Made by a program: the position numbers and the translations under genes. Below, in pieces: positions 13,080 through 24,881 of a DNA stretch of 64,000 bases. Every line of letters starts with the position of its first letter. Position 1 is the first letter of the stretch. The notes beneath the pieces were generated by a model. The model saw only the letters and a list, made by a program, of their open reading frames with translations, did no database searches and was not told the DNA's origin. The stretch lies in contig NC_045707.1 of the NCBI RefSeq assembly GCF_009834535.1, positions 60,266,001 to 60,330,000 on the forward strand. Reading direction: 5' to 3'. The DNA comes from Camelus ferus. Its lineage: Eukaryota.

Positions 13080-14180
13080 TCTCGCAGCTTTACAATTTTT
13101 CTCTTTTCCTTCACATCTAAACATCTCAAGAGTGAGTTTCACTCATTCCTCGGATCACTGTGATTTCATTTCTTTCCCTTCTATTCAACTGAAGCCATGA
13201 AGTTCTAATGTCCAAACATAATGAGCACATTTGTAGTCTCAGAAACCCACTCTGCTGATCTCTCCCTCTTTAAAATACATATCCTACTGCTTTGATTACA
13301 TTTCTCTGTCCTGATTCTCTTCCCACTTCTCTGAGAATGCTTTCTTAATCTCCTTTATTGTTCTCTCTTCCTCTGCTCGTCCTTCTTATATTGCTGTTTT
13401 GTCCTTGGTCCATTTTCTTTCTCACTCTACATGAGTTGTCTCACCTGAGTTATCTAATTGATCTCAAGGTTTTTATAACCACTCATTACAGCTAACTCCC
13501 GAATCTTACTCATCTCCAGCCTTTAACAGTATCTTCAGGCTCCGTACTCATTCGTGTACCTGTATTTCCCAAAGGCACCTTGAAATCAATACTGGCCAGA
13601 GTGAAATCATCACTGCCTCCCCCTTTTCCCAAGCCCAGAGATCTCCTTCTGCCGTATTCCATGGGCCAGCTATTGACGACATCACCCACTTCATCACCCA
13701 AGCAAGAAACTGAGCAGTCATTTTTTTTTACTTTTGCCTTTTCTTCATTTTCTGTACAGACTTAACCATCCAAACATATCTTGAATCTGTTCCCTTTTTG
13801 CAATTTAGGCCCTAACCTTTCCTTTGTACCTTTTATGAGACTAATTTTCTAGAGTCTCAGCCTCTCAAATACAACCCCACACTCTTTCCAACATAAATTT
13901 TGGAAAGTTAAAATCTGATCCCATTATTTCCTGCACTTAGATAATCAGTGATTCCCCACAGCTTTCAGACAAAAATCCAAGCTCTTTAGCATGACATTAA
14001 GGTCTTTCATAACAATGGCTTCTATAATTTTCTACAACCATCTCATAATTTACGATCCAACAACACTAAACTACTTATGACTCCTTGCAAGCCTTATGCT
14101 CTTTTCTTGACGTATGCTATCCCCTCTTATCTTTCTCTTCGTTCATACTCATTCGCTTGTCTAATTTTCACTCATTCGTT
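13080..14180 (+). mobile_element. LINE-2 fragment
   Basis: Pyrimidine-rich L2 sense motifs (aaatctgatcccattatttcctgc, aaaatccaagctctttagcatgacattaagg). Confidence 0.65.
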
Positions 14181-14451
14181 TCTCTTTTAAGGAGAATAAA
14201 AGTTAGCTTTTACTGTTTCTAGGTTCAAAGGACATCCACAAAGGATTTCTGTTTTTAGTAACAGTGGGTCAGACAGCTGCAGAACAACCTCCCGCTGGGG
14301 CAGGGGAGATCCAAAAAAGCTAGACAAAATATTTTTAAAAGATTTGATTGAAGACACATGAGAGGTCCCAAAGCAGTGAGGACTGAGGTAACAAAAACCC
14401 GTGAGAGAAGGAAAGTATGGAGAGGTGAGCCCCATTTTCCCCTCAGAGAAT

Positions 14452-15045
14452 TTTCTGGTGGGAGCATAAGTTAGTACAACCCCTTTAGAAAACGGTTTGG
14501 GAGTATCTACTAAAGGAGAACTACCTGTGCCCTGTAATGGGCAATTCTACTCCTAGGCATACACCCCACAGAAATGTGTTATCAAAAGCCACGTAGAAGA
14601 ATGTGCATAGCAGCGTAAGTCACAATAGCCCCAAACTGGAGACAACTGGTATTTCCATCAAATGATGATCAGATGCATAATTCATATTATGCTTATACAA
14701 TGAAATACTCTACAGAGGTGAAAATGAGTGAACTACTGCTATACACAGCAACACAGATTAATTTTCTAAACAAACAGTATGAAAAATGCCAGATAAAAAA
14801 AGGAGTCCCTAAGACTCAATTTACATAAAGTACAAAAACACAAAACAAACGCATGATGTTAAAAGTCCAGAGAGTAGTTTTCTTTGTAGAGAAAGGAGAA
14901 TAAAACCATTGGATGCTGATAATATTCTAATTCTTGTCCTACATAATGTTTACCTGGAGGTATTCACTTTATGATTTGTCCAGCTGTACATTTAGAGCTT
15001 GTGCAAATTTTGGTATATATGCTATACTTCAATAAAATTAAATTC
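14452..15045 (+). mobile_element. Old L1ME-like 3' fragment
   Basis: ctggtgggagcataagttagtacaacc…gcaattctactcctaggcata…, ending tacttcaataaaa. Confidence 0.75.
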
Positions 15046-16040
15046 GTTTTAAAAAGGAAAACAGGACATTTATATCTAAATAGAAGATAGTATTATGTAC
15101 AATTGAAAAGTGATATAAATATAAAGCTATGAAATAAACAGGTTTGGAACTGGGTATCTCAGCACATACATGCTTTAAAAGCTATTACCACTAAATTACT
15201 GGAGACCTACCAACCACAGGTAAATGTCCAGTACACACATATTATTTACCGTCACAGAGAACTCATGCAGAAATTTTATTTAGACACAATCAGAAAGCTT
15301 CTCTGTCCATAAAATATGCTTTACTTTTCAAAGAAAGCTGAAATCAAAAATGGTTCTCAGTCATTTTTTTCCAGCTGACATCTCCTGGGAGTCGCTATTC
15401 AGCTTCATTTGTTTTAGAATCTGGTGAATGTTTTGGACAGAGGCTGCTAGAAGGCTTTTCCTGGACTCTGAAACAGGTAACTACTTTTCGCTGTATATGA
15501 GTATCTAGAAGACCTTCTAGATAGGTCTTTGTGTCCCAACACAGAGTGGGCCTGCATAGACAGTTCTGTGTCTATCAAAGCGCCAGAAAATATTTCGACA
15601 GCTTCCAGGTGTTTTTCTAGTCTTGGGGGGTCAGGAAAAACATTTATATTGAAAGACCTCTGTCTTTAAAAATTAGGGCCAAATTAACTATCAACATTAG
15701 ATTAGTGCATTTAGATGGTAAAAATGGTGTCCAGATGAGCCAGGTTCAGCTCGTGGACCAACAGGAATAGAGGAAGGGACATGAGTTAAGAAGATAAAGG
15801 GTTAGGCATCCACCCTCTGGCTCCATCTGTTGCCTCTACCTGTAGTTACAGAGTTCAAGTCCCGTATCTGACCACTATGCTCCCTCACACACAGGTAGTG
15901 TGGTACAGTTTTAATAACAAGCCTCTAACTTGATAGGCTTTTCAATGTGAGGAAAGAACAATATGTTTACAGAGATCAATTTCTAATGCTATTAAATTCT
16001 GCCATTTTTTAATGTCTGAGATGAGTTGGTGAACAGGTGG

Positions 16041-16448
16041 TGTGATGGTCAGTTTCAAATGCTGAACTTGGCTAGGTTACAGTACCCAGTTCTTCAATCA
16101 AGCACTCATCTAGATGTGGCTATGAAGGTAAGACAGGATTAACATCTACAGTTGACTTTATGTAAAAAAGATTATCTTGGATAATCCAGATTAGCCTAAT
16201 CCAATCAGTATAAAAAGCTTTAGAATGGAACTGAAGTTTCCCTGAGGAAGAAGAAATTCCATCTGTGGGCTGCAGCATCAGCTCCTGCCCAAGAGTTTCC
16301 AGCCTGCCCTTCCTGACAGCCTGTCCTGCAGATTTCAGCTTGTTTAGCCAGCCCCCACAATCAGGTAAGTCAATTCCTTGCAAAAAGTCTCCTAAATACA
16401 CATATATCCTACTGCTTCTGTTTCTCTTGTGGAACCCTGACTGTTACA
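16041..16448 (+). mobile_element. ERVL solo LTR (MLT2-like)
   Basis: TG…CA termini (tgtgatggtcagttt … gaaccctgactgttaca) and internal ctaatccaatcag…gaggaagaagaaattc motifs. Confidence 0.8.
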
Positions 16449-16876
16449 CAAATCGTCTGGCCATGCCCTGTCTGACTTCTTACCCACTGAACCCAAAGCA
16501 TAATAAAATGGTTCCTTTTTTATACTATTAGATTGAATTTCTGGTATACAGCAATAGGTAACCAGAACATTTCCTATTACTTAGCTGCCTCGTAAAGAAT
16601 CCTCTAAATTAGGGGAAAACACTGATTGTGAGTATGTACTTTGCATCCTTCTCATGCTTCATGCAAAATTAGAAGAAAAGTAGAATACTGTTCCTGAATC
16701 CAAACACATTTTCATTCTTTATATCACTGAGCTTGAAATCCAAAAGGCACATTTCTTTATCTTTAGTTAAGACTATGTTAAAAATAAACACGACAAAAAG
16801 CTTCCTAACTTATTCTTAGAGGAAGCAACCACATTTGTAACCTGGATTTTACCCTGATAATATCAATGTGCCAGAG

Positions 16877-16884
<8 letters not shown>

Positions 16885-16906
<22 letters not shown>
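16885..16906 (+). repeat. (AAT)n microsatellite
   Basis: Directly visible. Confidence 0.9.
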
Positions 16907-16907
<1 letters not shown>

Positions 16908-17682
16908 TAATAGCAACAAACGTGTCTCTCTACCTGTAGCCCTACCTGCTTTAAGAGATCCTCCATTCTCTAAAAGTTCCCCTTCCTCATCTCCCAATTC
17001 TTCTGAGAATAAACACAATCTCTCTGCTTGACCAGGTGCCCACCAATTGTTCCCCACACTTCTTCAGCACCTTTCGAGTATCTAGAATTGAACTACTGAG
17101 TGAAGCCCATGAAAGTGGTGCCTCAGTACACCGCCAGCATCTGCTGTCCATGGTGCTAACTTTCTTGCCAAGGGCACTGTACCCTAATGACACACAGCAC
17201 TGCCTCGTGTCACTGATGAATCCATTGACCCCAGACATCAGAGCCAGAGACTCAGACGTTGGATTTTGCCAGGTACCGCTTGCTATAAAAAGGTCTTAAG
17301 TGTATCCATGGTGTTGGGGACAGGGTTTGGCTGAAGCTACAAGTGGTATTAATGTCAGTGCTCTAAATATATCGAAGTTCCATATTCCCTGTACCCACTT
17401 TATTCAGCTCTCCATTTTTTTGAACCATGCTCTTTTTTAATGGACACCAATGCAATGCTGCTTATTGCTCTTAATGTATGACTACACTTTAGAAAACAGA
17501 TTTTTCTGTTTTTATCTTCAGTCCTTAGTCTCCTAGAAATGAGTTCATGAGCATCTCACTGAAAAGCAAATCTCAATAGCTAACAGCATGCTGTACACAA
17601 AATTGGTCCTCACTTCTAATTACCAAGCTTGCTCGTTAACTCTCTCTTCTCTTGGAGTAAGTTCATTCTCAAGAATTTTCTC

Positions 17683-20297
17683 GCCAGAGTGGCCCAGCTC
17701 CAGGCCGGGATCAGCCCTTCCCACCTCCCCCGGTGCCTAGAGAAGTGGTATCGCTCTAACTCCAGAGCAAAGCTGGGGGAACCATTTCCTGGAACCTGGC
17801 TGGCCTCCCCTCCCCCGGCCCAACTGATGGTCAGCCCCGGTCATCAGGGACCTGTTCACCTGGAGGCAGAACACCCCACAGGGTTCTGGGCCGTCAGTTG
17901 GTCAGTTGTGGCCCAGAGGACCCTGGCCTCAGAGGCAGAGCTGTGGGGCCCTGGCAGCCACAGAGGGTCTGCCTCCTGCCCCTAGGCCTGCATTCCCCCT
18001 GATGCTGCAGAGCCTGTGGGGCATTCTGCTGCTGGTTTCGGAAAGCCTGACCCTTCTGTTTCCCTGGGGCACCCTGGTGTGTGAGGTAGGGCTGATCTTG
18101 ACGGTAAAAAGATGGCACATTTCCTGAAGTGGGAAGATTCCAGGTGAGGGATGTTCTTTCCCCAACGAAGTCTGTAGACAAGAGACTGAGATAGCTGGAC
18201 CCACAACCCAGGCCGATGGAGCCAGCAGGCAGCCTGGCGGGGAGGCCAGTCCTCCACTCTTAGAAACTTTGTGTTTGTCGGCTCTGAACACAAGTCTGAG
18301 CAGGTCATCCTTTCAGGGCATCTTGGACTTTCTAGAAAAGGCTCGGAGGAGCCCACCTCCTCAACTCTCCAAAGTGACGGATGAGATACCCAGCCTCCAA
18401 GCACCAGAGAGCACTGGGGGGCAGCTTTGGCAGAGAGGAAGGGACGACCTGAAGGAAACCCCTCTTTCTCCAGGAAATCCAGAGCTGCTAGCCCAGGAAA
18501 TCACAAGATGGAAGCAGCAAGCCCAGGAGAAGGAGGAGGAGAAAGACGGGCTGGTGGAGGCGAACGCCCAAAGGGAGAGGGCCCTGCAGGACAAGGTTGG
18601 CCAGCTGGAGTCCCTGGCTGAGTGCCTACTGAGGGCCACCCACTGGCCCAGGCCCCTGGGAGACGGTGGAGGGAATGGCAATGCCAGAGGTCAGTAGGGT
18701 GCAGGGGCAGCACAGGGCCCCCCAGCTGTCCCTTGGCCAGAAGGTGACCTGAAGTGGGTCCAGGGTGACATCAGAGTGCCCCATCCAGGTCCTGGGTGGG
18801 GCCCTCAAGGAAGAGCCAGACAAGTGGGAGAAGAAAAGCAGATGATTAAAGAGCTGGCGGGACAAATAGCGAGTCTGCAGGCAGAGGAGGCAGGTCTGTG
18901 GCAGGAGAACGCCGAGCTTGACAGCGAGATCTGGCAGCTGCGCCAGAGGCTCCGGATGCTGCCCGGAGTCTGTGTGGATTACTTGACGCAGCTTCAGGAG
19001 AAGTGGCGTGAGAAGGAAGCGTGCTGCTCAGAGCTGGAGAGGAAGCTGGCCACTTCAAGTGGACAGGTGACCTCCACGCAGCAGATCCGCAGCGTCTACA
19101 AGCAGATGGCCAAGGCCCTGCGCCAGCACCTGGAGGAGAATCCTCCCTACCATTGGAAGAAGATCCTCTTCGTTGAGTACAGAGCCCAGGGGAGCTGGAC
19201 GGCAGCTGTGGGGATGTGGAGAAAACTCAAGGAGCTCAGGGATGACAAACAGCACCACAGGCAGGCACTGCAGGTTCAGGGCGACCCCCGGCCCTACCCG
19301 CCGGGTCCTGATGCTCCCACTGCCCCACCTGCCACTCCCAGGAGCCCAGAGGTAGAAGACCCTAGACACTGGGACCCTAGCAAGGAGGAGGGTCTCCCCA
19401 TAAGGGCTCAGGGTTCCGGGGTCACCTGTAGGGATGACTCAGCTCGCAGTGCCCAGGTCTGACCCCCACAAAACCACTGCACCACATCCACAGGCACGTG
19501 TGTCTGGGGAGGACACGTCCATCCACCTCTACCTGGTTTGTCCTGGTTCCCCATTGATGCCACAGTGACTCCTGTTAGTACAGCATTGTAACTCGACGGT
19601 AGCAGTATTTAAATGTGGATTCGTTAATGTATTCTCGTAATTACCTAACTTCCCCATTGAAACCCTTAGGAATATAGTGTATGGTGTTGTATTTTGGTTG
19701 AAATTAAGTGCCCACTATGATACAAAGCATCCTCTAAGTTTGTCCTCGTAGACATGTTTGAGACAATGAGAATTCTCTGTACATTAGGCTACTATTTACA
19801 ATGTAGAAGTAACTGCTGGATATTGACCTCATAAAGTTTTGGTTGGTTTGAAAACCTAAGCAAAACAAAACAAAAACCAAAAAAAAGGGGGGGGAAAAGA
19901 AACTGAACAAAAAGAAAAACTTAAGCAAGACAACCCCATTCAAACTACATCTTATTTATATTAGCTTAGTCTTAATCTATAGTTTGTCCTAAATTCATAA
20001 GAGTAGTTCAGTACCAAATGCATAGGTTAGATAATTTTGAGATTTTGCAACCACTATTTCCTGATTTGTAATTTCTTCTTCATCTTCCTTGTTTTGTTTA
20101 AGATAGTGTTTGTCATTTAACATTTCTAAATATATGCAGTCAAAATAAAAACGTATCCTTTTAATGCCAAACACACACACAGATATTAGACAGATACTAG
20201 ACAATTTTAGTTGTTTCATATACCTCAAAAATGTAAGAGAGTTGCAAATTCTAAAAATGTTTTAAAATAAAGGTGACTGAAGAGAGAAGGAAAGAAA
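17683..20297 (+). pseudogene. Processed cTAGE/MIA2-family-like retrocopy (whole insertion including UTRs)
   Basis: Perfect TSD aagaattttctc at 17671-17682 and 20298-20309. Abrupt AT-to-GC shift at 17683. No introns needed. AATAAA at 20266-20271 followed by a decayed purine tail. Confidence 0.85.
17960..19462 (+). pseudogene. Disrupted coding frame of a cTAGE5/MIA2-like coiled-coil protein (TM segment, coiled coils, short Pro-rich tail)
   Basis: ORFs 17906-18127, 18269-18697 and 18776-19462 share one frame, separated only by TGA at 18125 and TAG at 18695. FPWGTLVC resembles cTAGE5 FPWELVIC; LQDKVGQLESLAECLLRATHW resembles LNDKESHIKTLTERLLKMKDW; RAQGSWTAAVGMWRKLKELRDDKQHHRQAL resembles KAHDNWLAARNAERNLNDLRKENAHNRQKL (reference sequence recalled from memory). 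Confidence 0.8.
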
Positions 20298-20559
20298 AAG
20301 AATTTTCTCAACCTTCTTTCGAACAGACCCCGAGAGAGCCTGCCCTGATGTGTCCAATTCTAAGGCGGGCAGCGCTTAAGCTTTAGCTAAGAATGCCCAC
20401 TACACTACAGCTCTGTAAAAATCTAGTTTAGTTGAAGGAAAGATGGAAGTTCTTATTTCGTTCTGACACATGAAGAATCCAGAAGCCCAATTTTAATTAA
20501 AACATCTTATTTTGATGTGTTAGCTTATTTGGATTTATTGATTCTAATCTTGCAGAGGA

Positions 20560-20790
20560 TAGTATTTAAGGGATGAACTTTGCAACAAGACTTAAGTTCA
20601 TCTCTGGTCCACCAATTACCAGCGGTAAGACCTTAGAAAAGTTTCTAAATCACCATCTGTGCCTCAGCGTTCCTAGCTATAAGGTGAGACTACTGATGCA
20701 CACATCATAGAGCGTCAGTGGAGATTAGGTCACATGAGCAAGCCACATTGGCAGAGAATGGTCATTGGTATAAAGTAAGCCATACAGAAA
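20560..20790 (+). mobile_element. MIR SINE relic
   Basis: Core accagcggtaagaccttagaaaagtttctaaa…ctgtgcctcagcgttcctagctataa. Confidence 0.65.
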
Positions 20791-21401
20791 GTACTATATG
20801 TGATTTGATAGCAGTATTTAACAATTGCTTAGCTGTTAGAACCTTACCAGCCATCACCCGTGCAAAGAGCTTCTCATTTAGTGATACTAGATGAGTAAGA
20901 ACTGATGTGGTCCGGACATGTGCCAAGGATTTTATTTAACTAACACTTCTATGCATTCTGAATTGGGGAAGGGGATGCAGAGAGGAAACTGTTCAAATGT
21001 TTGTACTTATTTGTAATAAGGCATTAAGTTCTAGTACATGTCACAGTAGGAAGAGGATGTTGCTTGGGAGATAGTCTACAAGCAAATGTGGTTTATTGGC
21101 ATGTAGACATCCTTCCTATGAAAATCCAGCCATGCACTCTGACCAGCAGCTGGCATAGTTATATGATGTTAATACATTAGCTATATATACACGTTCCTGT
21201 GTGGCAGGCTATATTATTAATTATTCCACTGATATATATGTGAAAAATATTCCTATTTTGAGCAAGAGAAATACCTCCAAATAAGACAGAATCTCTAGTC
21301 ACTGCTAACTTGTGTATTTTCCCTATTCATTAGCCCAAAATACTAAGTACCTCAACTAATTAACAAAATAAAAATAAAATACAAATGAAAACTTAGATTC
21401 A

Positions 21402-21425
21402 TACACACACACACACACACACACA
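21402..21425 (+). repeat. (CA)n microsatellite
   Basis: Directly visible. Confidence 0.9.
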
Positions 21426-22240
21426 ATCTGTACACAAATATTCAGAGAAGCTTTATCCTCAATAGCCAAAAACTAGCAACAACCAAAACATCTTTCAATG
21501 AGTGAAAAGGTAAACAAACTGTGGTATATCCAATTATTAAATACTACTCAGCAATAAAATAGAATTATTGATACATGCAACAACTTGGATAACTCTCAAG
21601 AGAATGGTGCTAAGTGAAAAACAGTCAATATCAAAAGAGTACATAATATGTGATTCCATTTATGTAACATTCTTGAAATGACAAAATGATAGAGATGGAG
21701 AACTGATGAGTGGTGGCCAGAGGCTGTGGTAAGAAGTAAATGCAAGTAGCTGTAACAGGGCAGTAGCCCAAGGAATCCTTGAAATGGAACTGCTCTGTAC
21801 CTTGGCTGTGGTGGTTTCACACGAATCTATGCATGTGACAAAAATGCAACAGAACTAAAAAGACACACACATACAAATGAGTGTATGTAAAGCTGGCAGC
21901 AAAACATAGATAAGACTAATTCATTTTATTAACGCCAGTCTCCCAGCTATGACATTGCATTACAGTTATATAAGTTATTACCATTAGGAGAAACTGGGTC
22001 AAATGTATAGAGGATCTCTCTGAACTATTTTTTACAACTATATGTGAATCAAAAATTATTTCAGGGGAGGGTATAGCTCAGTGGTAGAGTGCATGCCTAG
22101 CATGCAGAAGGCCCTGGTTTCAATCCCCAGTACCTCCACCAGAAGTAACAAATAAACAGATAAACCTAATTACCTCCCACCATAAAAAAAATTACCAAAA
22201 CAAATTTTTTAAATTATTTCAGAATAAAAAATTTATAAAA
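21425..22240 (+). mobile_element. Old L1M (MC/MD-like) 3' fragment, interrupted by a SINE
   Basis: aatagccaaaaactagcaacaacc…aaacaaactgtggtatatcc…tactactcagcaataaaa motifs. Confidence 0.8.
22065..22210 (+). mobile_element. tRNA-Ala(AGC)-derived SINE (camelid-type)
   Basis: Head ggggagggtatagctcagtggtagagtgcatgcctagcatgc…ggtttcaatccccagtacctcca with A box and B box, then an A-rich tail. Perfect TSD aaattatttcag at 22053-22064 and 22211-22222. Confidence 0.9.
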
Positions 22241-23517
22241 CGAAAGCACACCTAAGAACTTTCATAAGATGTTGTATAACATGTCAACTTAATGTAAAAT
22301 CTAAATCTAAAAGTAATGATTTCATTGTCTGTAGACTTACAGTATCTGCTATTCTTAAAGCAGCAATCCCATGACTCTGATTCAAAAATATTTACTGAGC
22401 TCTAGGCATAACACTAGGCATTTCAGCAAAGAAAATATTATATGACCTTTAAAGATATGCCTATGGTAGGTAGTAAGGTCCCTATTTTACAAATGAAGAC
22501 AGATTGAATGATGTCGAGGAACTTGCCCAAGCCCCACATTCAATGTACAGCAGGTCGGCCACGTTCCTCCAGCCAGAGCCTTCCCCAGCACTAAATCAGA
22601 GCAGCCTTGGTCACAGAGAAATCTCCTTCACGGTACAAAACAGCAGTTATTTACAACGAATTTAAGAACTTAAATGGTGGAGTTTGTGTTTCACTTCCTA
22701 TCACAACAAGGGGGTAACCAATTTTTTGTTGCTACAAACCCTAAATCTTGTTTTACTTTTCTTTTGTCCCTTGAAACCTCAAGCAAAACCTGATCACTCT
22801 CACCAACACCTCCAAAAGCCATCCCAGTTCCTTTCCACTTTCAAAAGATGTTGTATAAAATATCCACTTAAAAATGCAAAAATCGTAATCTTTAAAAGTA
22901 GTATGATTTACAACTAAATGTATTAATCATGAATGCATCATTAAATCCTCTTTGTTCACCCCAGCCAGCCACTGAGTAATCTGGATACTCAGACTGGATA
23001 ATCGGGAGAGTGGTACCACAGTGAAGTCACGACTGCCAATCTTGGGAGCCACAGTCTACTTCCCTGAAATATATACCAGCTGGTCCCAGCCTTTCCCTTG
23101 ATTGTAGAGTGTAAGTCTACTCCCTTTTCTCACAATATTACTCAAAAATTTGAAATCTGCTATCAAGTTGCCCAAGTCATCTTTTTCTCCAAGCTTCTGA
23201 ACACACCCCAGTTGGTCCACATCTCTTTTAAGGCCCAGTGGCCAGCGATGACTATAAAGTGACTTTTTAGGTGGGCTCTGCCTAGAACAAGGCAAGCTTA
23301 TTCTCTTCCCTCATTCTAAACACAGTGCTTCTTACTAATGCAGACAAGTTTACATGCATCTCCCTGACATCCAGTCACTACTTATAAAATGACAATTTAT
23401 ACTACTTCTAAGCCATATTCTCTTTTTCCTATAATTATGCAATTGGGTGTCTGTCTCTTTCTTTGTTTTATTTTTTTGCCAAGTTATAGATCATTTCATA
23501 CATTCAACAAAGATATT

Positions 23518-23650
23518 GGAAGGAAGGAATGAAGGAAGGAAGGAAGGTAAGAAAGAAAAGAAAGAAAGAAAAGAAAGGGAAAGAAAGAGGAGAGAAAGAA
23601 AAGAGAAAAAAAGGAAGGAAGGAAGGAAGGAAACAAGGAAACAAGGAAAC
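23518..23650 (+). repeat. Polypurine (GGAA/GAAA) low-complexity tract
   Basis: Directly visible; it accounts for the spurious K/E/R-rich ORF at 23447-23677. Confidence 0.9.
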
Positions 23651-24881
23651 AAGATACCTCCATTAATTGATTTGTGAAATATACTGACTTTCAGTTGTTG
23701 AAAAATGCCTTCTAAACTGGCCAGAAGAATTAAACACAGGCTATTTAAAATTCTTTAACTCAGCCACAGGTATGGGTAAATTGATTAACCAACACTGGGA
23801 TGTTTAGGAAACCTAATTTTTAGTACCGTGAACAATGAAGAAAGTTATATTACCCACCTCTTCATTCCAGACCCGCACCTCCAGCTGGCCCCCAGGTGGC
23901 CTCACAATGGAGGCATTCCCCCCACCAGGGGATGAAAAGTGACTGAGCTCCCCCAGACTATGATGTGCTAGCATTGAATTCCTGCCAAGCCCTGTCCAGG
24001 GAAAGCCCGTGGGGCTGCATTAGGTATTAGGGCAGTCTCTCCACCAAGAAGACTGTGCCAAATAGAGCAGCCTTGCCATCTAACCGAGGAGCAGTCTTTC
24101 CGTAATGTTGCCACTGCCCTCACCCACCACCATCACCATCCCAGCTCGAATTCCTGTCCACCAGAGCTGGCCCTGATCTTCCCTGGTCCTTCTCTCCTTT
24201 TCAGTTCCTGGAAGCAAGGACTTCTCTTTTATTGATCATTTACCCTTCAGGCTCAGACAGAGAAATGGGAGTTTAACCATCATTGAATGAATTGGCCCGT
24301 GGTAGGAATCCAGAGGCCAGTAGGCTAAGAAAAATAATCAAAATGTGCTAATAATACTTTAAAAGTTCAGATTTCTGTCTTCTCTTGGAAAGCTATACAG
24401 AGGGCAGGCGCTGAGTGGGATACATACAGTGTATCCCATACAAGGGAATACGACGGACATATGACGCTCCCTTTCAGAAAGCCAGGCACGCTACAGCTCT
24501 CCACAATTCCAGCAGGGCCTGCTTCACCTGTGCAAGCTGCTGCCTGGCCCAGCGGGCATTCCAGTTCACAACCTTTGACTCAGAGAGGAAAGCGTCCTTA
24601 TTCTTTACAAATGACACCTTCAATAACGCGTCTTAGGGAATCTTTCCTGGGGCATCAGGCTTGCTGTCTAACAGTTAGCAGAATTCACTTTCTTATCCTT
24701 TGTGAAAATTTAAAGTATACCCTAGGCTTTAGGAATTTAAAAAAAAAGGCTCTAATATGGAAATTGGGTCAAAGGAATTAAGGAAATTTAAGGAATTTAA
24801 GGAGAAAAACAAGCTACGTTTATTTACTGACCACTTAATATGGAAAGGGGGCATACTAAGTGTTTTAATGTGCATTTTTTT

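Noticed and set aside
17894..19369. Several minus-strand and alternative-frame ORFs over the retrocopy
   Set aside because: These are shadows of a GC-rich coding frame with no recognisable homology.
22065..22138. Functional tRNA-Ala gene
   Set aside because: It has a SINE tail and a TSD, and is inserted in an L1, so it is a tRNA-derived SINE.
23447..23677. K/E/R-rich ORF
   Set aside because: It is the translation of a polypurine simple repeat.
24770..24803. Degenerate tandem repeat of aaggaattt
   Set aside because: An ordinary short minisatellite.
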